This document shows positions 38,783-48,475 of a DNA stretch of 64,000 nt, piece by piece. This DNA comes from Candidatus Woesearchaeota archaeon (GTDB lineage: Archaea; Nanobdellota; Nanobdellia; Pacearchaeales; GW2011-AR1), in NCBI GenBank assembly GCA_964514585.1, contig CAZETU010000001.1, forward strand, positions 18,523-82,522. Reading direction: 5' to 3'. Each line of letters starts with the position of its first letter. Position 1 is the stretch's first letter. A program made the position numbers and the translations under genes. The notes beneath the pieces are model-generated. The model saw only the letters and a program-made list of their open reading frames with translations, ran no database searches and was not told the DNA's origin.

Positions 38783-39808
38783 CTAAGAGTTATAAATAGC
38801 CCTTAACGCATTATACATAGCACGCGCCTCACTATAGGATTTCCAAAATCTCTTCTCATCTGGATAGTCTTCTACCACCACTTTAACTTCAACACTATAA
38901 TAACCCTCAACCATCCCCCTAAGATAAGAATATTGATAACTATTCATTACAGCAGTTTGAATTTGCTGTTGTGCATATTCATCAAGAATATTATCATAAC
39001 CCCCTATATCATTCGTAGAAGCAGAATAAGAAGCCCCAAATTTAAACCCCGACTCATAATATCCATTATCTCTCTCTGCCTTCCTATATTGCTCATTCCA
39101 ATAAAACGTCAACCTACACCCATCATACTCCGCATCCTCAACCCTCAATCTCCGTCCCCAATCACTATCATCATCAAGCAAAATATGAAACCTAGAATAT
39201 TTCTTTGGATCCGGTTCAGGATAATCATAATTCTCAGCATATTCACCACATACCCCATCATTCACACTTTTTACAACACCCTCATCTAAACCCTCATTAA
39301 AACTATTATCACTTTCACTTTTGCCTTCGCTTCCACCCTCAATAGTAACTTCATAGACATCCCCCTTCAACTCAATAGTTATCTTATCACCTTGACCAAC
39401 AACCCAAATCTCATCCGTCCCCATAACCAAAGCATGATCCAATTTCCCACAAGCAGAACAATCCGCCTTACGCTCACCATCTTTCCGAGAACAAAAACAA
39501 AACTTATTCTCCGCACTATCAATAAAATAAAACATATCTGCAACACTCGTATGTGACCCAAAATAAACCAAAGAATATTTCAGACCCTCCTCCCTAGGCT
39601 GCCACATCTCAAAACTCCCAACACCACCGGAATCAGCAACAACGATCTCATCCAAAAAGCCATCGCGATAAGATTCCGTCGTCTCCTCTTCCACTCCAAA
39701 ATAAGGTGCAATCAAACTCCCAAGCAAAACCAACAAAACAAAAACCCCAGCAGCAGCTATAACCAATCCAATCACCTGCTCCACCGTCAATTCACCTTTC
39801 TTCAACAT
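38783..39808 (-). CDS. Pilin-like protein with large C-terminal domain
   Basis: MLKKG/ELTVEQVIGLVIAAAGVFVLLVLL (E+5). Confidence 0.83.
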   Translation of the reverse strand: MLKKGELTVEQVIGLVIAAAGVFVLLVLLGSLIAPYFGVEEETTESYRDGFLDEIVVADSGGVGSFEMWQPREEGLKYSLVYFGSHTSVADMFYFIDSAENKFCFCSRKDGERKADCSACGKLDHALVMGTDEIWVVGQGDKITIELKGDVYEVTIEGGSEGKSESDNSFNEGLDEGVVKSVNDGVCGEYAENYDYPEPDPKKYSRFHILLDDDSDWGRRLRVEDAEYDGCRLTFYWNEQYRKAERDNGYYESGFKFGASYSASTNDIGGYDNILDEYAQQQIQTAVMNSYQYSYLRGMVEGYYSVEVKVVVEDYPDEKRFWKSYSEARAMYNALRAIYNS

Positions 39809-41184
39809 CTCTTCCCCAAAAACTCATAAATTTTGGCTCGCTTATAATTTAAATCATGAAAATCAGATGGCAAATCATATTGAAACGACTCTGAAACACC
39901 TTCCCAAGATGCCCCGTTAAACTTCTGCAACTCCGAATAAATAAACCTAGAAAAATCACCTGGAGTTCCCGTTAACACCCACATGACATCAGAAACGGGA
40001 CCAATGCCAGCAAAATTCAATCTATATTTATTCTTATCAGAAACCATTTCAATCGCCACATTTTCATTATTATAATCCACCCCAAGAATATATTCTTCTC
40101 CTCCAACTTCAACAACCTCATCATCAATCATTTCCTTGATCTTATTATAATTAGAATATGCATCGTCGTCTGTAGAAAACATTTTAACCTGAGTCTTAGC
40201 CCAAGATTTCAACACACTTATTTCTTCTTTCTTATCAACTCTCGAATTCCTGCCATCATTCCCCACTATATCATTAATGGACATCCAAGAACCCTTACTG
40301 TAAGGGCCAGCTTTTCCTTTAAAATCGTCATAAGAAGCAATTAAATAATAAATACTATCTCCTTCTGTTAATTCCAAAAACCTATCAATAGCAACATCAC
40401 TAATATCACTACGACTTTCCACTCCAAGACTATCCTTTTCGTAAACATACCCTTCTCCAAAATCATCAAGATTGCCAGGATAAATCGTCACCCAACTCGT
40501 CGTTTTCCCTGCCGTTTCAATGGGTCCATGCTGCGTCCAAGCAATCTTGGCATCCTGTCCAATATCCTCCATTATCAACCAACCACCATTGCCCCAAACC
40601 GCATAAACCTCACGACCCTTGCCGTCCCCATCACCATATAAAATAATTTGCCTAGTAATCCTTTCATAAAAATAATTATCCACACCATAACCCCCTTCAC
40701 CATCAATCCCCCAAACAGAGTTATACAAACTAGAATAAAATCTAGCCAAAGATTCATCTTCATCAAGTAATAAAATAGGAACCCCCTCTTTCCCACTGTC
40801 ATCATATTTGAAAAACTTCCCCTTTAAAATAAAATAAGAATCAATTCCCTCAGCCAAATTATTCTTAAAACTACACACCCCAGAACGACAACTTTCCCAA
40901 TAAATCAAGGACCTATCGTCCCCTTCAATTTCCAAAATATCCAGTAACGACTCCCCACTTGAAGATTCGATTAAAAATTCTTTAACACAGTCAACCTCAC
41001 TCACTCCAATATCCCCATAACCAAACAAAAGAGCAACACTATCAAACATCCCCCCAGCCTTCTCAATCAAAGGATTCAGACCCCCAGTAGAAATACCCCA
41101 AATCACTAACGCCAACAAAACAACTAACAAAACAAGACTCAACAACTTCCCAACAGTCCACTCGGTAGATCCCTTCTTCCTCAC
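39802..41184 (-). CDS. Pilin-like protein with large C-terminal domain
   Basis: MRKKG/STEWTVGKLLSLVLLVVLLALVIW; GTG start overlapping the upstream TGA. Confidence 0.83.
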   Translation of the reverse strand: MRKKGSTEWTVGKLLSLVLLVVLLALVIWGISTGGLNPLIEKAGGMFDSVALLFGYGDIGVSEVDCVKEFLIESSSGESLLDILEIEGDDRSLIYWESCRSGVCSFKNNLAEGIDSYFILKGKFFKYDDSGKEGVPILLLDEDESLARFYSSLYNSVWGIDGEGGYGVDNYFYERITRQIILYGDGDGKGREVYAVWGNGGWLIMEDIGQDAKIAWTQHGPIETAGKTTSWVTIYPGNLDDFGEGYVYEKDSLGVESRSDISDVAIDRFLELTEGDSIYYLIASYDDFKGKAGPYSKGSWMSINDIVGNDGRNSRVDKKEEISVLKSWAKTQVKMFSTDDDAYSNYNKIKEMIDDEVVEVGGEEYILGVDYNNENVAIEMVSDKNKYRLNFAGIGPVSDVMWVLTGTPGDFSRFIYSELQKFNGASWEGVSESFQYDLPSDFHDLNYKRAKIYEFLGKRC

Positions 41185-41321
41185 TTTCCAAACCTCAAGA
41201 AATTTCTTATAGAATCCAAAAGTCCACCACCCTTACCTTTCAACAAAAAAACCACAGCACCAATCATAATCACAAGCACAACAACAACAATCAGAATCTT
41301 AACTATCTCCTCCATTTCCAT
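41181..41321 (-). CDS. 46-aa pilin-like peptide lacking the basic leader (not in ORF track)
   Basis: MEMEEIVKILIVVVVLVIMIGAVVFLLKGKGGGLLDSIRNFLRFGK*; GTGA overlap with the next gene. Confidence 0.75.
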   Translation of the reverse strand: MEMEEIVKILIVVVVLVIMIGAVVFLLKGKGGGLLDSIRNFLRFGK

Positions 41322-41361
41322 AGATAAAATATACCAGACCAATTAATAAAGATTCCTAAAG

Positions 41362-41817
41362 CTAAGCAGCAGAACAAGTTATTCTTGAACAAGATTCTAT
41401 ATTAACACCAGGATATTTTGAGAGTATCTTTTCTTGAGCATCCGCCACTTCCCCAATAGTAACTGTTTGCTTCTCATTCTTAGCCAACTGATTACAAGTA
41501 GCAGAAGACGTCTTTACTTTATCAAGAACAAACTTAGAATCAGCTCCACTTCCTTCTACCTTCCAAGATTCTACGGTATCTCCATACTTCACAGTCATAA
41601 TATCAGTACAAAAAGCAGCTTGAGAATTCCCAGCACAAGCCAAAACACAAGCCTGTTTTATCGTATCAATATTAGATTTCCCAGAAAACGCAGTAACCCT
41701 GTCCCACAAATTCGTCCATCCAGTCGAAAACCCAAAAATCAGAAAAACCAAAACAGCTATACCTAACACTATCAAAATAATCGTGCCCAATGTCATCTGC
41801 TGCCCCTTCTTTTCCAT
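41362..41817 (-). CDS. Pilin-like protein (major pilin candidate)
   Basis: MEKKG/QQMTLGTIILIVLGIAVLVFLIFGF; C-x3-C-x7-C pattern. Confidence 0.85.
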   Translation of the reverse strand: MEKKGQQMTLGTIILIVLGIAVLVFLIFGFSTGWTNLWDRVTAFSGKSNIDTIKQACVLACAGNSQAAFCTDIMTVKYGDTVESWKVEGSGADSKFVLDKVKTSSATCNQLAKNEKQTVTIGEVADAQEKILSKYPGVNIESCSRITCSAA

Positions 41818-41852
41818 TATTATTACAATCCTCTTTTATTTATAAAGTTTTA

Positions 41853-42206
41853 CTACCCCGCACAACTAATCCCCGAACAATCCAACTCCCCAACTTTCCC
41901 TGAAGACCAAGCCGCCTTACCAACAGCACTACAATTCATCATCACATTCCTACGATTATCATCTCCAAAAACAATTTCCTTTTTCTCACAGCAATAAGCA
42001 TAAGTCGATTGACTCGTAGCCAAAGAATCACAAGCGCTAATCACAGCATCAACATTACTCTCAGTAGATTGAGTCTTAAAAAACCGCGAAAAAAATCCAG
42101 TCTGCGCATTAAAAAAAATCACAAGAACCGTCAAAACTGAAATCGACAAAACAATCATAATCACAGTTGTCAAAGCCATCTCCATCCCCTTCTTATTTCG
42201 CCTCAT
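41853..42206 (-). CDS. Pilin-like protein
   Basis: MRRNKKG/MEMALTTVIMIVLSISVLTVLVIFF; C...CC...C...C...C. Confidence 0.85.
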   Translation of the reverse strand: MRRNKKGMEMALTTVIMIVLSISVLTVLVIFFNAQTGFFSRFFKTQSTESNVDAVISACDSLATSQSTYAYCCEKKEIVFGDDNRRNVMMNCSAVGKAAWSSGKVGELDCSGISCAG

Positions 42207-42260
42207 AAAAAACAAAACAAAACAATCTTTATAAAATTACTCACTCAAAGCAACAACTTA

Positions 42261-42415
42261 CATGAGAAACGCGGCGCTCGAAGAGTGCTGCAGTTTTTCA
42301 TGGGAGAAAGATACTCCAAAACCATATCGGTCGTTTCGGAATTTACTTCCGAAAAAGACCCAATCTAAATTTCTGCAGAAATTTTACAACGATTTTCTCA
42401 CCAGAGAAAATGTTG
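42261..42415 (+). ncRNA. Candidate structured RNA: five consecutive hairpins
   Basis: Hairpins at 42261-42302, 42303-42317, 42329-42360, 42367-42384 and 42387-42415; G-U pairs in hairpin 1 favour the + strand. Confidence 0.5.
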
Positions 42416-42419
42416 ACTA

Positions 42420-44588
42420 TCAAGTCAATCCCGACAACGCCGCAGCCCCGATAATAGTCAAACCAACGATTGCCCCGGTCGCAACAATTATATACAAAAC
42501 CATGGTCGATTTCAAATTCTTCCCAGTCTGCGCCGTCACTTGCAACTGATCCCGCCCAGACTTTATCGTCACCAACGTACTCGTCAAAATAAAAACAATC
42601 TCAATCAAATAAAGCCCAATCACAATCTGCAACCAGTACGTCGGAATCATCAAGGTAATATCAAAAATTGAAAGTATCCCCTGAATCCCCCCAGCGCCCA
42701 AAACTTCCTCGCCACCAGCACCATTCTCAAACATCGTCGACAAACTCCCCAAAATTGTCGTAATCATTCCAGCCAACCCAATAATAATCCCAGACAACAA
42801 CGGCGCCAAAAAAGTCATATTCGATTTCATGTCCGAAACAATATCCGCCAACAAATCATTCAGTCGCTCATTAATCTTTTTAATATTCTTAACATAATCA
42901 CTAATCGACATCAGACTCCTAGCCGCAACCTGCAACCCCTTTTTAGACGACTCAACCAAAATCCTCATCGAAGTAGCAATCAACTGCGACGGATAAAAAA
43001 TCACAGCCCCCCTCTTAGGATCAAACAAAGCCCTCTCCAAACTCATACCCAACTGCTGAATATTCTCATTCACAATTCTAAAAAAACCTTCAGTTGCCGT
43101 CCCCTTCGTAGAATCACTAACCTTCGCAAACGCCATCTCCGTCGGCAAACCATCCCCAATCCTATTCCCAAGTTGAAACAAAGACGAAGTAAACTCTTTT
43201 TCGACTTCCTTATATTTCGTCCTCTCAACCAAAATAACCTTCGTCTTATCTTTGTAGACAACAATAAATAAAAGTGCAATAGAAATAGGAATAAACAAAC
43301 TCAAAAGCAAAGACAAAGAACCAAATGGCCCAGTCAAATTTCCAGCAGCGTCGGGAATTATACCAAAAGCCCCACTATTCCCCAAAAATCCAAACCCAAG
43401 TTCCGTCCACGAATAATCCCTCGCAAATCCCATCATAATAGGAATATCCGTGTATCTCCAAAAAAACGGGATCAATCCAATAATAAACAACGGCAACGCC
43501 AAAATTATCCCCTTAAAATAAGCCGCATTACTTTTATACCGAGGATAAAGAGGATTCTGCTCCAACAAACTCGACTCCCCATAACCACCAGGTCGCTCCA
43601 TCATAACCTTACTCGTCATATAAATCACCAAAAACGGAATCATAATATTAAAAATCAAAAACACATGATACCACTTAATCGCCCCGCTAAGCATCGTCGA
43701 AGCCAAAGGCAAAATCGCCAAACTTAAAGTCGGCAAAACAATTCCCAACATATAAATATTCGTCAACGGCGCCTTCACCTCATGAGTATATTTCAACATC
43801 TTATCATAAACACCGTCAAGAATAACCTCCAAACTCTTCTCTAAAATATTAATTCTCCGCCCCTCACTAGGCTCATACAAACTCGACTCAATCAAATGAA
43901 ACGCCTCGACAAACTCAACACTATAACTTTTCCAACCCTTCAAATAATTATCCACACTATCCTTTATCGTCGAAAATCGCCCAACTTCAACATCCCAAAA
44001 AATCTTCCGAAAATCCAGACTCAAAGGCGGCTCTAAATGTTCGGCAGCAAAGGCAACGGCCTTCTCAAAATTACTCGTATGTTTCATATAAATTACAATA
44101 TACAAAATCGCGGGAACCATCTGAGAACTGGCCTTCAATCTCCACTTCATCGCCAAACGATCGGGAGCTCTCGAATAATAAAAAAACAAAAATATAGCCA
44201 ACACAAAAACCAAAAATAAAAACATCAAAGAAAAGGCTCCAGTTAATAACCAAATCCCAACAAAAAACATCGCACCACCAAAAAGAGTCATCAACAACAA
44301 CATCGTCGCAAAAACCACAACCTCACTTACCGAAACATTCAAATGAGCAACATCAATCCCTTGCTGAATCCGAACACTATCCTTATCTCCAACCTTAATC
44401 CGAAACATATTCCCAAAAGTCTTACACCACCTCTCATACCGCGAAAACTCCGGCAACATCGACGACCGAAACTGATCATAACTCTTAGAAAACTTTTTCT
44501 TCGACGGCGACCGCTTATTATAACCCTTCATCTGCGTCTCTATCTTCGCCCCATACTTCTTCAAAATATCATCAGTACTACTCATCAC
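42420..44588 (-). CDS. Type IV pilus/T2SS membrane platform protein (two GspF/TadB-C-like domains)
   Basis: Multi-TM; QMVPAILYIVIYMKHTSNFE.AV, LFQLGNRIGDGLPTE.AF; same operon as the ATPase and pilins. Confidence 0.87.
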   Translation of the reverse strand: MMSSTDDILKKYGAKIETQMKGYNKRSPSKKKFSKSYDQFRSSMLPEFSRYERWCKTFGNMFRIKVGDKDSVRIQQGIDVAHLNVSVSEVVVFATMLLLMTLFGGAMFFVGIWLLTGAFSLMFLFLVFVLAIFLFFYYSRAPDRLAMKWRLKASSQMVPAILYIVIYMKHTSNFEKAVAFAAEHLEPPLSLDFRKIFWDVEVGRFSTIKDSVDNYLKGWKSYSVEFVEAFHLIESSLYEPSEGRRINILEKSLEVILDGVYDKMLKYTHEVKAPLTNIYMLGIVLPTLSLAILPLASTMLSGAIKWYHVFLIFNIMIPFLVIYMTSKVMMERPGGYGESSLLEQNPLYPRYKSNAAYFKGIILALPLFIIGLIPFFWRYTDIPIMMGFARDYSWTELGFGFLGNSGAFGIIPDAAGNLTGPFGSLSLLLSLFIPISIALLFIVVYKDKTKVILVERTKYKEVEKEFTSSLFQLGNRIGDGLPTEMAFAKVSDSTKGTATEGFFRIVNENIQQLGMSLERALFDPKRGAVIFYPSQLIATSMRILVESSKKGLQVAARSLMSISDYVKNIKKINERLNDLLADIVSDMKSNMTFLAPLLSGIIIGLAGMITTILGSLSTMFENGAGGEEVLGAGGIQGILSIFDITLMIPTYWLQIVIGLYLIEIVFILTSTLVTIKSGRDQLQVTAQTGKNLKSTMVLYIIVATGAIVGLTIIGAAALSGLT

Positions 44589-45052
44589 AACACCTTCAGC
44601 ATCGGTTGAATTTTAATTCCATGAATTTTTCTGATTCCCGTACTTTTTTTATATCCACAAGCAGAGTAAAAAGGAATCGCATAAATAGACGCCCTAATTT
44701 TTATCTTTTCAATACCAAGCCCCTTTGCCTTTTTCTCAAAATCACCAACCAATTTTTTGCCAACACCCTTACCATGATATTTTCCAGACACAAACAAATT
44801 CCCCATATGCCCACCAGAACCCTTAATCATGCCAATTATCTTATTCCCATCTAGGGCAACCAAAGACACCCTATTATTATAACTCTTCCACAGCTCCTCC
44901 TCGGCCTTACCCGCAGAATGATGACTCAAATAAAAAGCAAGACCTTTTTTAGTAGCATCACCAGAATTAAATTTTTCAAAAGTCATACCAATAAGCCGAG
45001 CAACATCTTTCACATCACCTTTTTTCATTCTCTTAATTACTATCATCCCCAC
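44585..45052 (-). CDS. GNAT-family acetyltransferase
   Basis: LFVSGKYHGKGVGKKL (motif A), ASIYAIPFYSACGY. Confidence 0.92.
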   Translation of the reverse strand: MGMIVIKRMKKGDVKDVARLIGMTFEKFNSGDATKKGLAFYLSHHSAGKAEEELWKSYNNRVSLVALDGNKIIGMIKGSGGHMGNLFVSGKYHGKGVGKKLVGDFEKKAKGLGIEKIKIRASIYAIPFYSACGYKKSTGIRKIHGIKIQPMLKVL

Positions 45053-45308
45053 ACCTCTTCAAATAATCCGCCACAGCAACGTCAATAAACTGCTTCCGAT
45101 TCACATATCTAAATTTATTCTCTTCCAAATTAATAAACTCTTCGACCTCAACCAACAAATCACTATTAATCTTCACAGCAGAATCCCGCGACGTCCGAAC
45201 AGTCGTTTTCTTCTTAGGGAAAATCGCCCGAACCGAAACCTTGTCAATTGACCCATCTTTCAAATTAATGTCCTCAAAATCTAATTTAGCGCCAGTTGCC
45301 TTCACCAT
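45033..45308 (-). CDS. Ribbon-helix-helix (CopG-like) protein
   Basis: C-terminal AVKIN-SDLLVEVEEFI-x-NRKQFIDVAVADYLKR strand-helix-helix pattern. Confidence 0.65.
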   Translation of the reverse strand: MVKATGAKLDFEDINLKDGSIDKVSVRAIFPKKKTTVRTSRDSAVKINSDLLVEVEEFINLEENKFRYVNRKQFIDVAVADYLKRCGDDSN

Positions 45309-45373
45309 AGTTACTAAAAGTAACAAAAAGTAACTTAATAAATATAACGAAACATACCACAACTCAAGATACC

Positions 45374-45655
45374 TCACTCGCCAACAGAACCCCTTACAAC
45401 AAGTGATTCATAATCAGAAAGTACACCTCTAAAAAAATAAATTCCACAACTATTTTCCCACCCCATCGATTTCAATCGATCACGAACGGCCTCGCAGGCG
45501 AAAGTATAGCTAGGTCCTATTGCATCCCGCACAAGACAAAGAAGCTTACTAACAGCAACACAGGACACATCCCTTTCATAAATAGTATGCCCCCCTTCCT
45601 TCAAAATCTTCCTAGCCAATCGATCCGCCACATCATAAAACAGCTCATTCTCCAT
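45374..45655 (-). CDS. Hypothetical protein, paralog of 45712..46080
   Basis: FYDVADRLARKIL...GWE....Y.F.G.LSDY. Confidence 0.7.
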   Translation of the reverse strand: MENELFYDVADRLARKILKEGGHTIYERDVSCVAVSKLLCLVRDAIGPSYTFACEAVRDRLKSMGWENSCGIYFFRGVLSDYESLVVRGSVGE

Positions 45656-45711
45656 ACAAAAGTAAAGACTCCAAAAGTTATAACAATTTGTATGCTCCAA
45701 AACTTAAGAAA

Positions 45712-46080
45712 TCAACACCCTAAACCAAGAGGATGAGCAGCTTCTTCTCGTCTCATTAAATGACTATCTCTAAAAAGCCTAGACACCCTCATCTCCTTTT
45801 GAACCTCCGTAGGCAGCCCAGAAACCGCAGCAACATAATCACTAATCTCTCCTCCAAAAACATAACCCCTATCAACCTTTTCCCAACCTGTCCACCCAAG
45901 CCAATCCCCTGCATCCGCATTTGCCGTCGCATAAGACACAGAGGTACACTCCTTCTCAAAATCAAGAAAAAACCTTCCAACATCAACCGCTAAAGTATCA
46001 TTATTAAGCAAATGCTCCCTGCCAGACAAAACCCTCTTTGCCGCCCGATCGGCCACATCATAAAAAAATCCCTTATCCAT
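45712..46080 (-). CDS. Hypothetical protein, paralog of 45374..45655
   Basis: FYDVADRAAKRVL...GWE....YVFGGEISDY. Confidence 0.7.
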   Translation of the reverse strand: MDKGFFYDVADRAAKRVLSGREHLLNNDTLAVDVGRFFLDFEKECTSVSYATANADAGDWLGWTGWEKVDRGYVFGGEISDYVAAVSGLPTEVQKEMRVSRLFRDSHLMRREEAAHPLGLGC

Positions 46081-46112
46081 AAAAAAAACACCAAAATCAA
46101 CTTTTTAAAAAT

Positions 46113-48383
46113 TTATATACCCAACTTCTCACTTTCCTTCTCCAGCCACCGTTTCCATTTCGGAAAAACTTGGGTCGAAACCGGCAACCCAACTTCCTCA
46201 GTCACCTCGTCACTAATCTGATGAAACGCATTATTAGACTTCACAGTAAACTCAGCCTCCAAAATCTCAGGCTTACCCACCTTATCAGAAAATTTCACAG
46301 TCTCCTCCTTAATCTTCTGCCTCAAAACAATATTATCCCAAACCGCATCCCAGTCCCCAGCCCAACCCTTAACATTCGACGCAATCTCCTTAATTATTTC
46401 AGAATCCCCATTAATCAAATCCTCCGTCGGCTTCATCTTATCTTCCTTAACATCATACTTCATCAAATCAACAAAGCCCCCCTCCTTCAACGGATCCTTC
46501 TCCCAATGCTTCCTAACCTCACTAATAGACAAAACCCTCCTCCAAGAATGCAACCCATCAGGCGACTTAATCGGATTAGCAACAATAACCAAATCAGTAG
46601 CCTTAAAACTCGTCACAGGAACGCCCAAATCATTACAAACCCTATCAAAAACAGAATAAGGACTCCCGCCGTGAATCGTGCCAGCGACGACATTTGCCAA
46701 AGCCCCAACCCTCATGGCCTCATAAAGCGCCTTAGCCTCATTAGAACGAATCTCACCAACAATCAAAGAAGAGTCCCCCAAACGAAGAGATGCCCGAATT
46801 CCCTCCTCAGCAGAAACCTCCGTCGACTCACCCGCCAAAGCAGACCGAACCTTCATCGACAAAATATCATAATCCAATTTTCTCATCGCACCGACAGGCA
46901 ACTCCAAAGTATCCTCGACGGTAATTATCCTATGACTTGGCATAATCTCCAAAAGTAACGCCCCTAAAAGCGAAGTCTTCCCAGACGACCGCGTCCCAGC
47001 AACCAAAAGCGTCCGCGCCCCATCAATCATAAAACTAAGCAACCCCGCTCCCAAAGAATCAATCATCCCATTCTTCACAAACAACGGCAAAGTCCAAGGC
47101 TTATTCCTATGTCGCCTCAAAGTATAAGCAAGCCCGCCCGACGACAAAGGCTGCTGAATTATCGCAACTCTCGCACTAATATTATTCAATTCCAAATTAG
47201 TATCCAAAATAGGATTCGCCTCATCGAGCGGCCGCCCCGACGACATTCTAAACTTCGCAGCCCAAGAATCCGCATCCTCCTGCGACGGAATCAAATTACT
47301 AACACATTCTCCAAACTCATTATGAATCATAAAAATCGGAGACAACGAAACCGGCGCATTAACCATAATATCCTGCAGATTCTCATCCTCCAATAAAACC
47401 TCCAAAACCCCAAACCCAATCGTATGTCGCACCAAAATATTCGCTAACTTCTGCAAATCCCCATAACTCAAAACCACATTCTTACTCCCCGCCAAGTCCG
47501 ACAACAAATCCCGCGCAACATTCAAAAAAACCTGCCGCGTCCTCTCAGCGTCGTTAAACTCTTCACTAGTAGGCCGATGTTCAATTAAAACATTCCGCGC
47601 CAAATTCAAAAGCATATGATGATCCTCTCCCAATAAATACTCCGGCGGCGACAAATGATAAACCAACTTCGCCTTATTCGGCCTCTTGAAAATCGTCACC
47701 AAACTCTTATCGTCCCCCTTAGCAATACTATACTGCTTCACAATCTCAGCATCATCAGGAATCCGCGCAACCATCCTGGTAAAAGTAAAATTAGGCATAA
47801 TGTCCGCCCTAAAAAATTCATTATAAATAGATCTATCCCCAGAAGCATAACCATCAAAAGAAATCTTAGAAATCTCAATCAATTTCAAACCCTCAAAATA
47901 ACCGACAACCTTCTCCAACAACTTAACATAAGAAGCAACATCTTTCCCAGATTCCAACAAAGCCCTCTTAGCAAAAAGCGCACCCTTCAACTCACGATAA
48001 GCCCGAATCGGGTCCGACTTCAAAACCTCATTAATCACATGATTCAAAAAAGCATAAGCCTCATAATACGACGCCCCCAAATGCGACATTTTTTCAACCG
48101 AAACAATTTTCTCCTGCTTCACTAAAAAATCATAAAGACTCGAAATCTCAACCAACATCCCAACCTGTGCAAAATTATGCGAATAATTCCTCTGCTGCAC
48201 AAAAACAATCCGAGTAATATTCGGATCCTCCTTCAAATTATCAATTGTCCGCGCCATCACTTCAGCCGAATCAATCAACGACGGTACAAACGCCGCACCA
48301 AGATAATTAATATACATCACATTCTCCCCAGATTCCCGAATAACCTCATAAGAATATAACGGAGTATCAGATTTGAACATCAT
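46113..48383 (-). CDS. Type II/IV secretion ATPase (TadA/VirB11/ArlI superfamily) with long N-terminal extension
   Basis: LQDIMVN, Walker A AGTRSSGKTS, TVEDTLEL, SLRLGDSSLIVGEIRS, AGTIHG. Confidence 0.95.
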   Translation of the reverse strand: MMFKSDTPLYSYEVIRESGENVMYINYLGAAFVPSLIDSAEVMARTIDNLKEDPNITRIVFVQQRNYSHNFAQVGMLVEISSLYDFLVKQEKIVSVEKMSHLGASYYEAYAFLNHVINEVLKSDPIRAYRELKGALFAKRALLESGKDVASYVKLLEKVVGYFEGLKLIEISKISFDGYASGDRSIYNEFFRADIMPNFTFTRMVARIPDDAEIVKQYSIAKGDDKSLVTIFKRPNKAKLVYHLSPPEYLLGEDHHMLLNLARNVLIEHRPTSEEFNDAERTRQVFLNVARDLLSDLAGSKNVVLSYGDLQKLANILVRHTIGFGVLEVLLEDENLQDIMVNAPVSLSPIFMIHNEFGECVSNLIPSQEDADSWAAKFRMSSGRPLDEANPILDTNLELNNISARVAIIQQPLSSGGLAYTLRRHRNKPWTLPLFVKNGMIDSLGAGLLSFMIDGARTLLVAGTRSSGKTSLLGALLLEIMPSHRIITVEDTLELPVGAMRKLDYDILSMKVRSALAGESTEVSAEEGIRASLRLGDSSLIVGEIRSNEAKALYEAMRVGALANVVAGTIHGGSPYSVFDRVCNDLGVPVTSFKATDLVIVANPIKSPDGLHSWRRVLSISEVRKHWEKDPLKEGGFVDLMKYDVKEDKMKPTEDLINGDSEIIKEIASNVKGWAGDWDAVWDNIVLRQKIKEETVKFSDKVGKPEILEAEFTVKSNNAFHQISDEVTEEVGLPVSTQVFPKWKRWLEKESEKLGI

Positions 48384-48475
48384 TGTATCACCACAATTAT
48401 TTACCAAAACGTATATTAAAATATATGTGTACCAAACATCACAACCTATAAAAACTTCACAAATCTTCTATCTAA

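Noticed and set aside
42261-42415. SRP RNA or RNase P RNA (SRP54 and FtsY are nearby)
   Set aside because: No helix-8 CAGG/GNRA/AGCA motif and no RNase P GAGGAAAGUCC-type motif on either strand.
42262-42549. + strand 95-aa ORF
   Set aside because: Overlaps the hairpin array and lies antisense to the platform gene's 3' end; no protein-like features.
33890-48383. Archaellum operon
   Set aside because: No recognisable ArlH (RecA-like), ArlF/G, archaellin-sized ArlB with the canonical motif, or chemotaxis genes.
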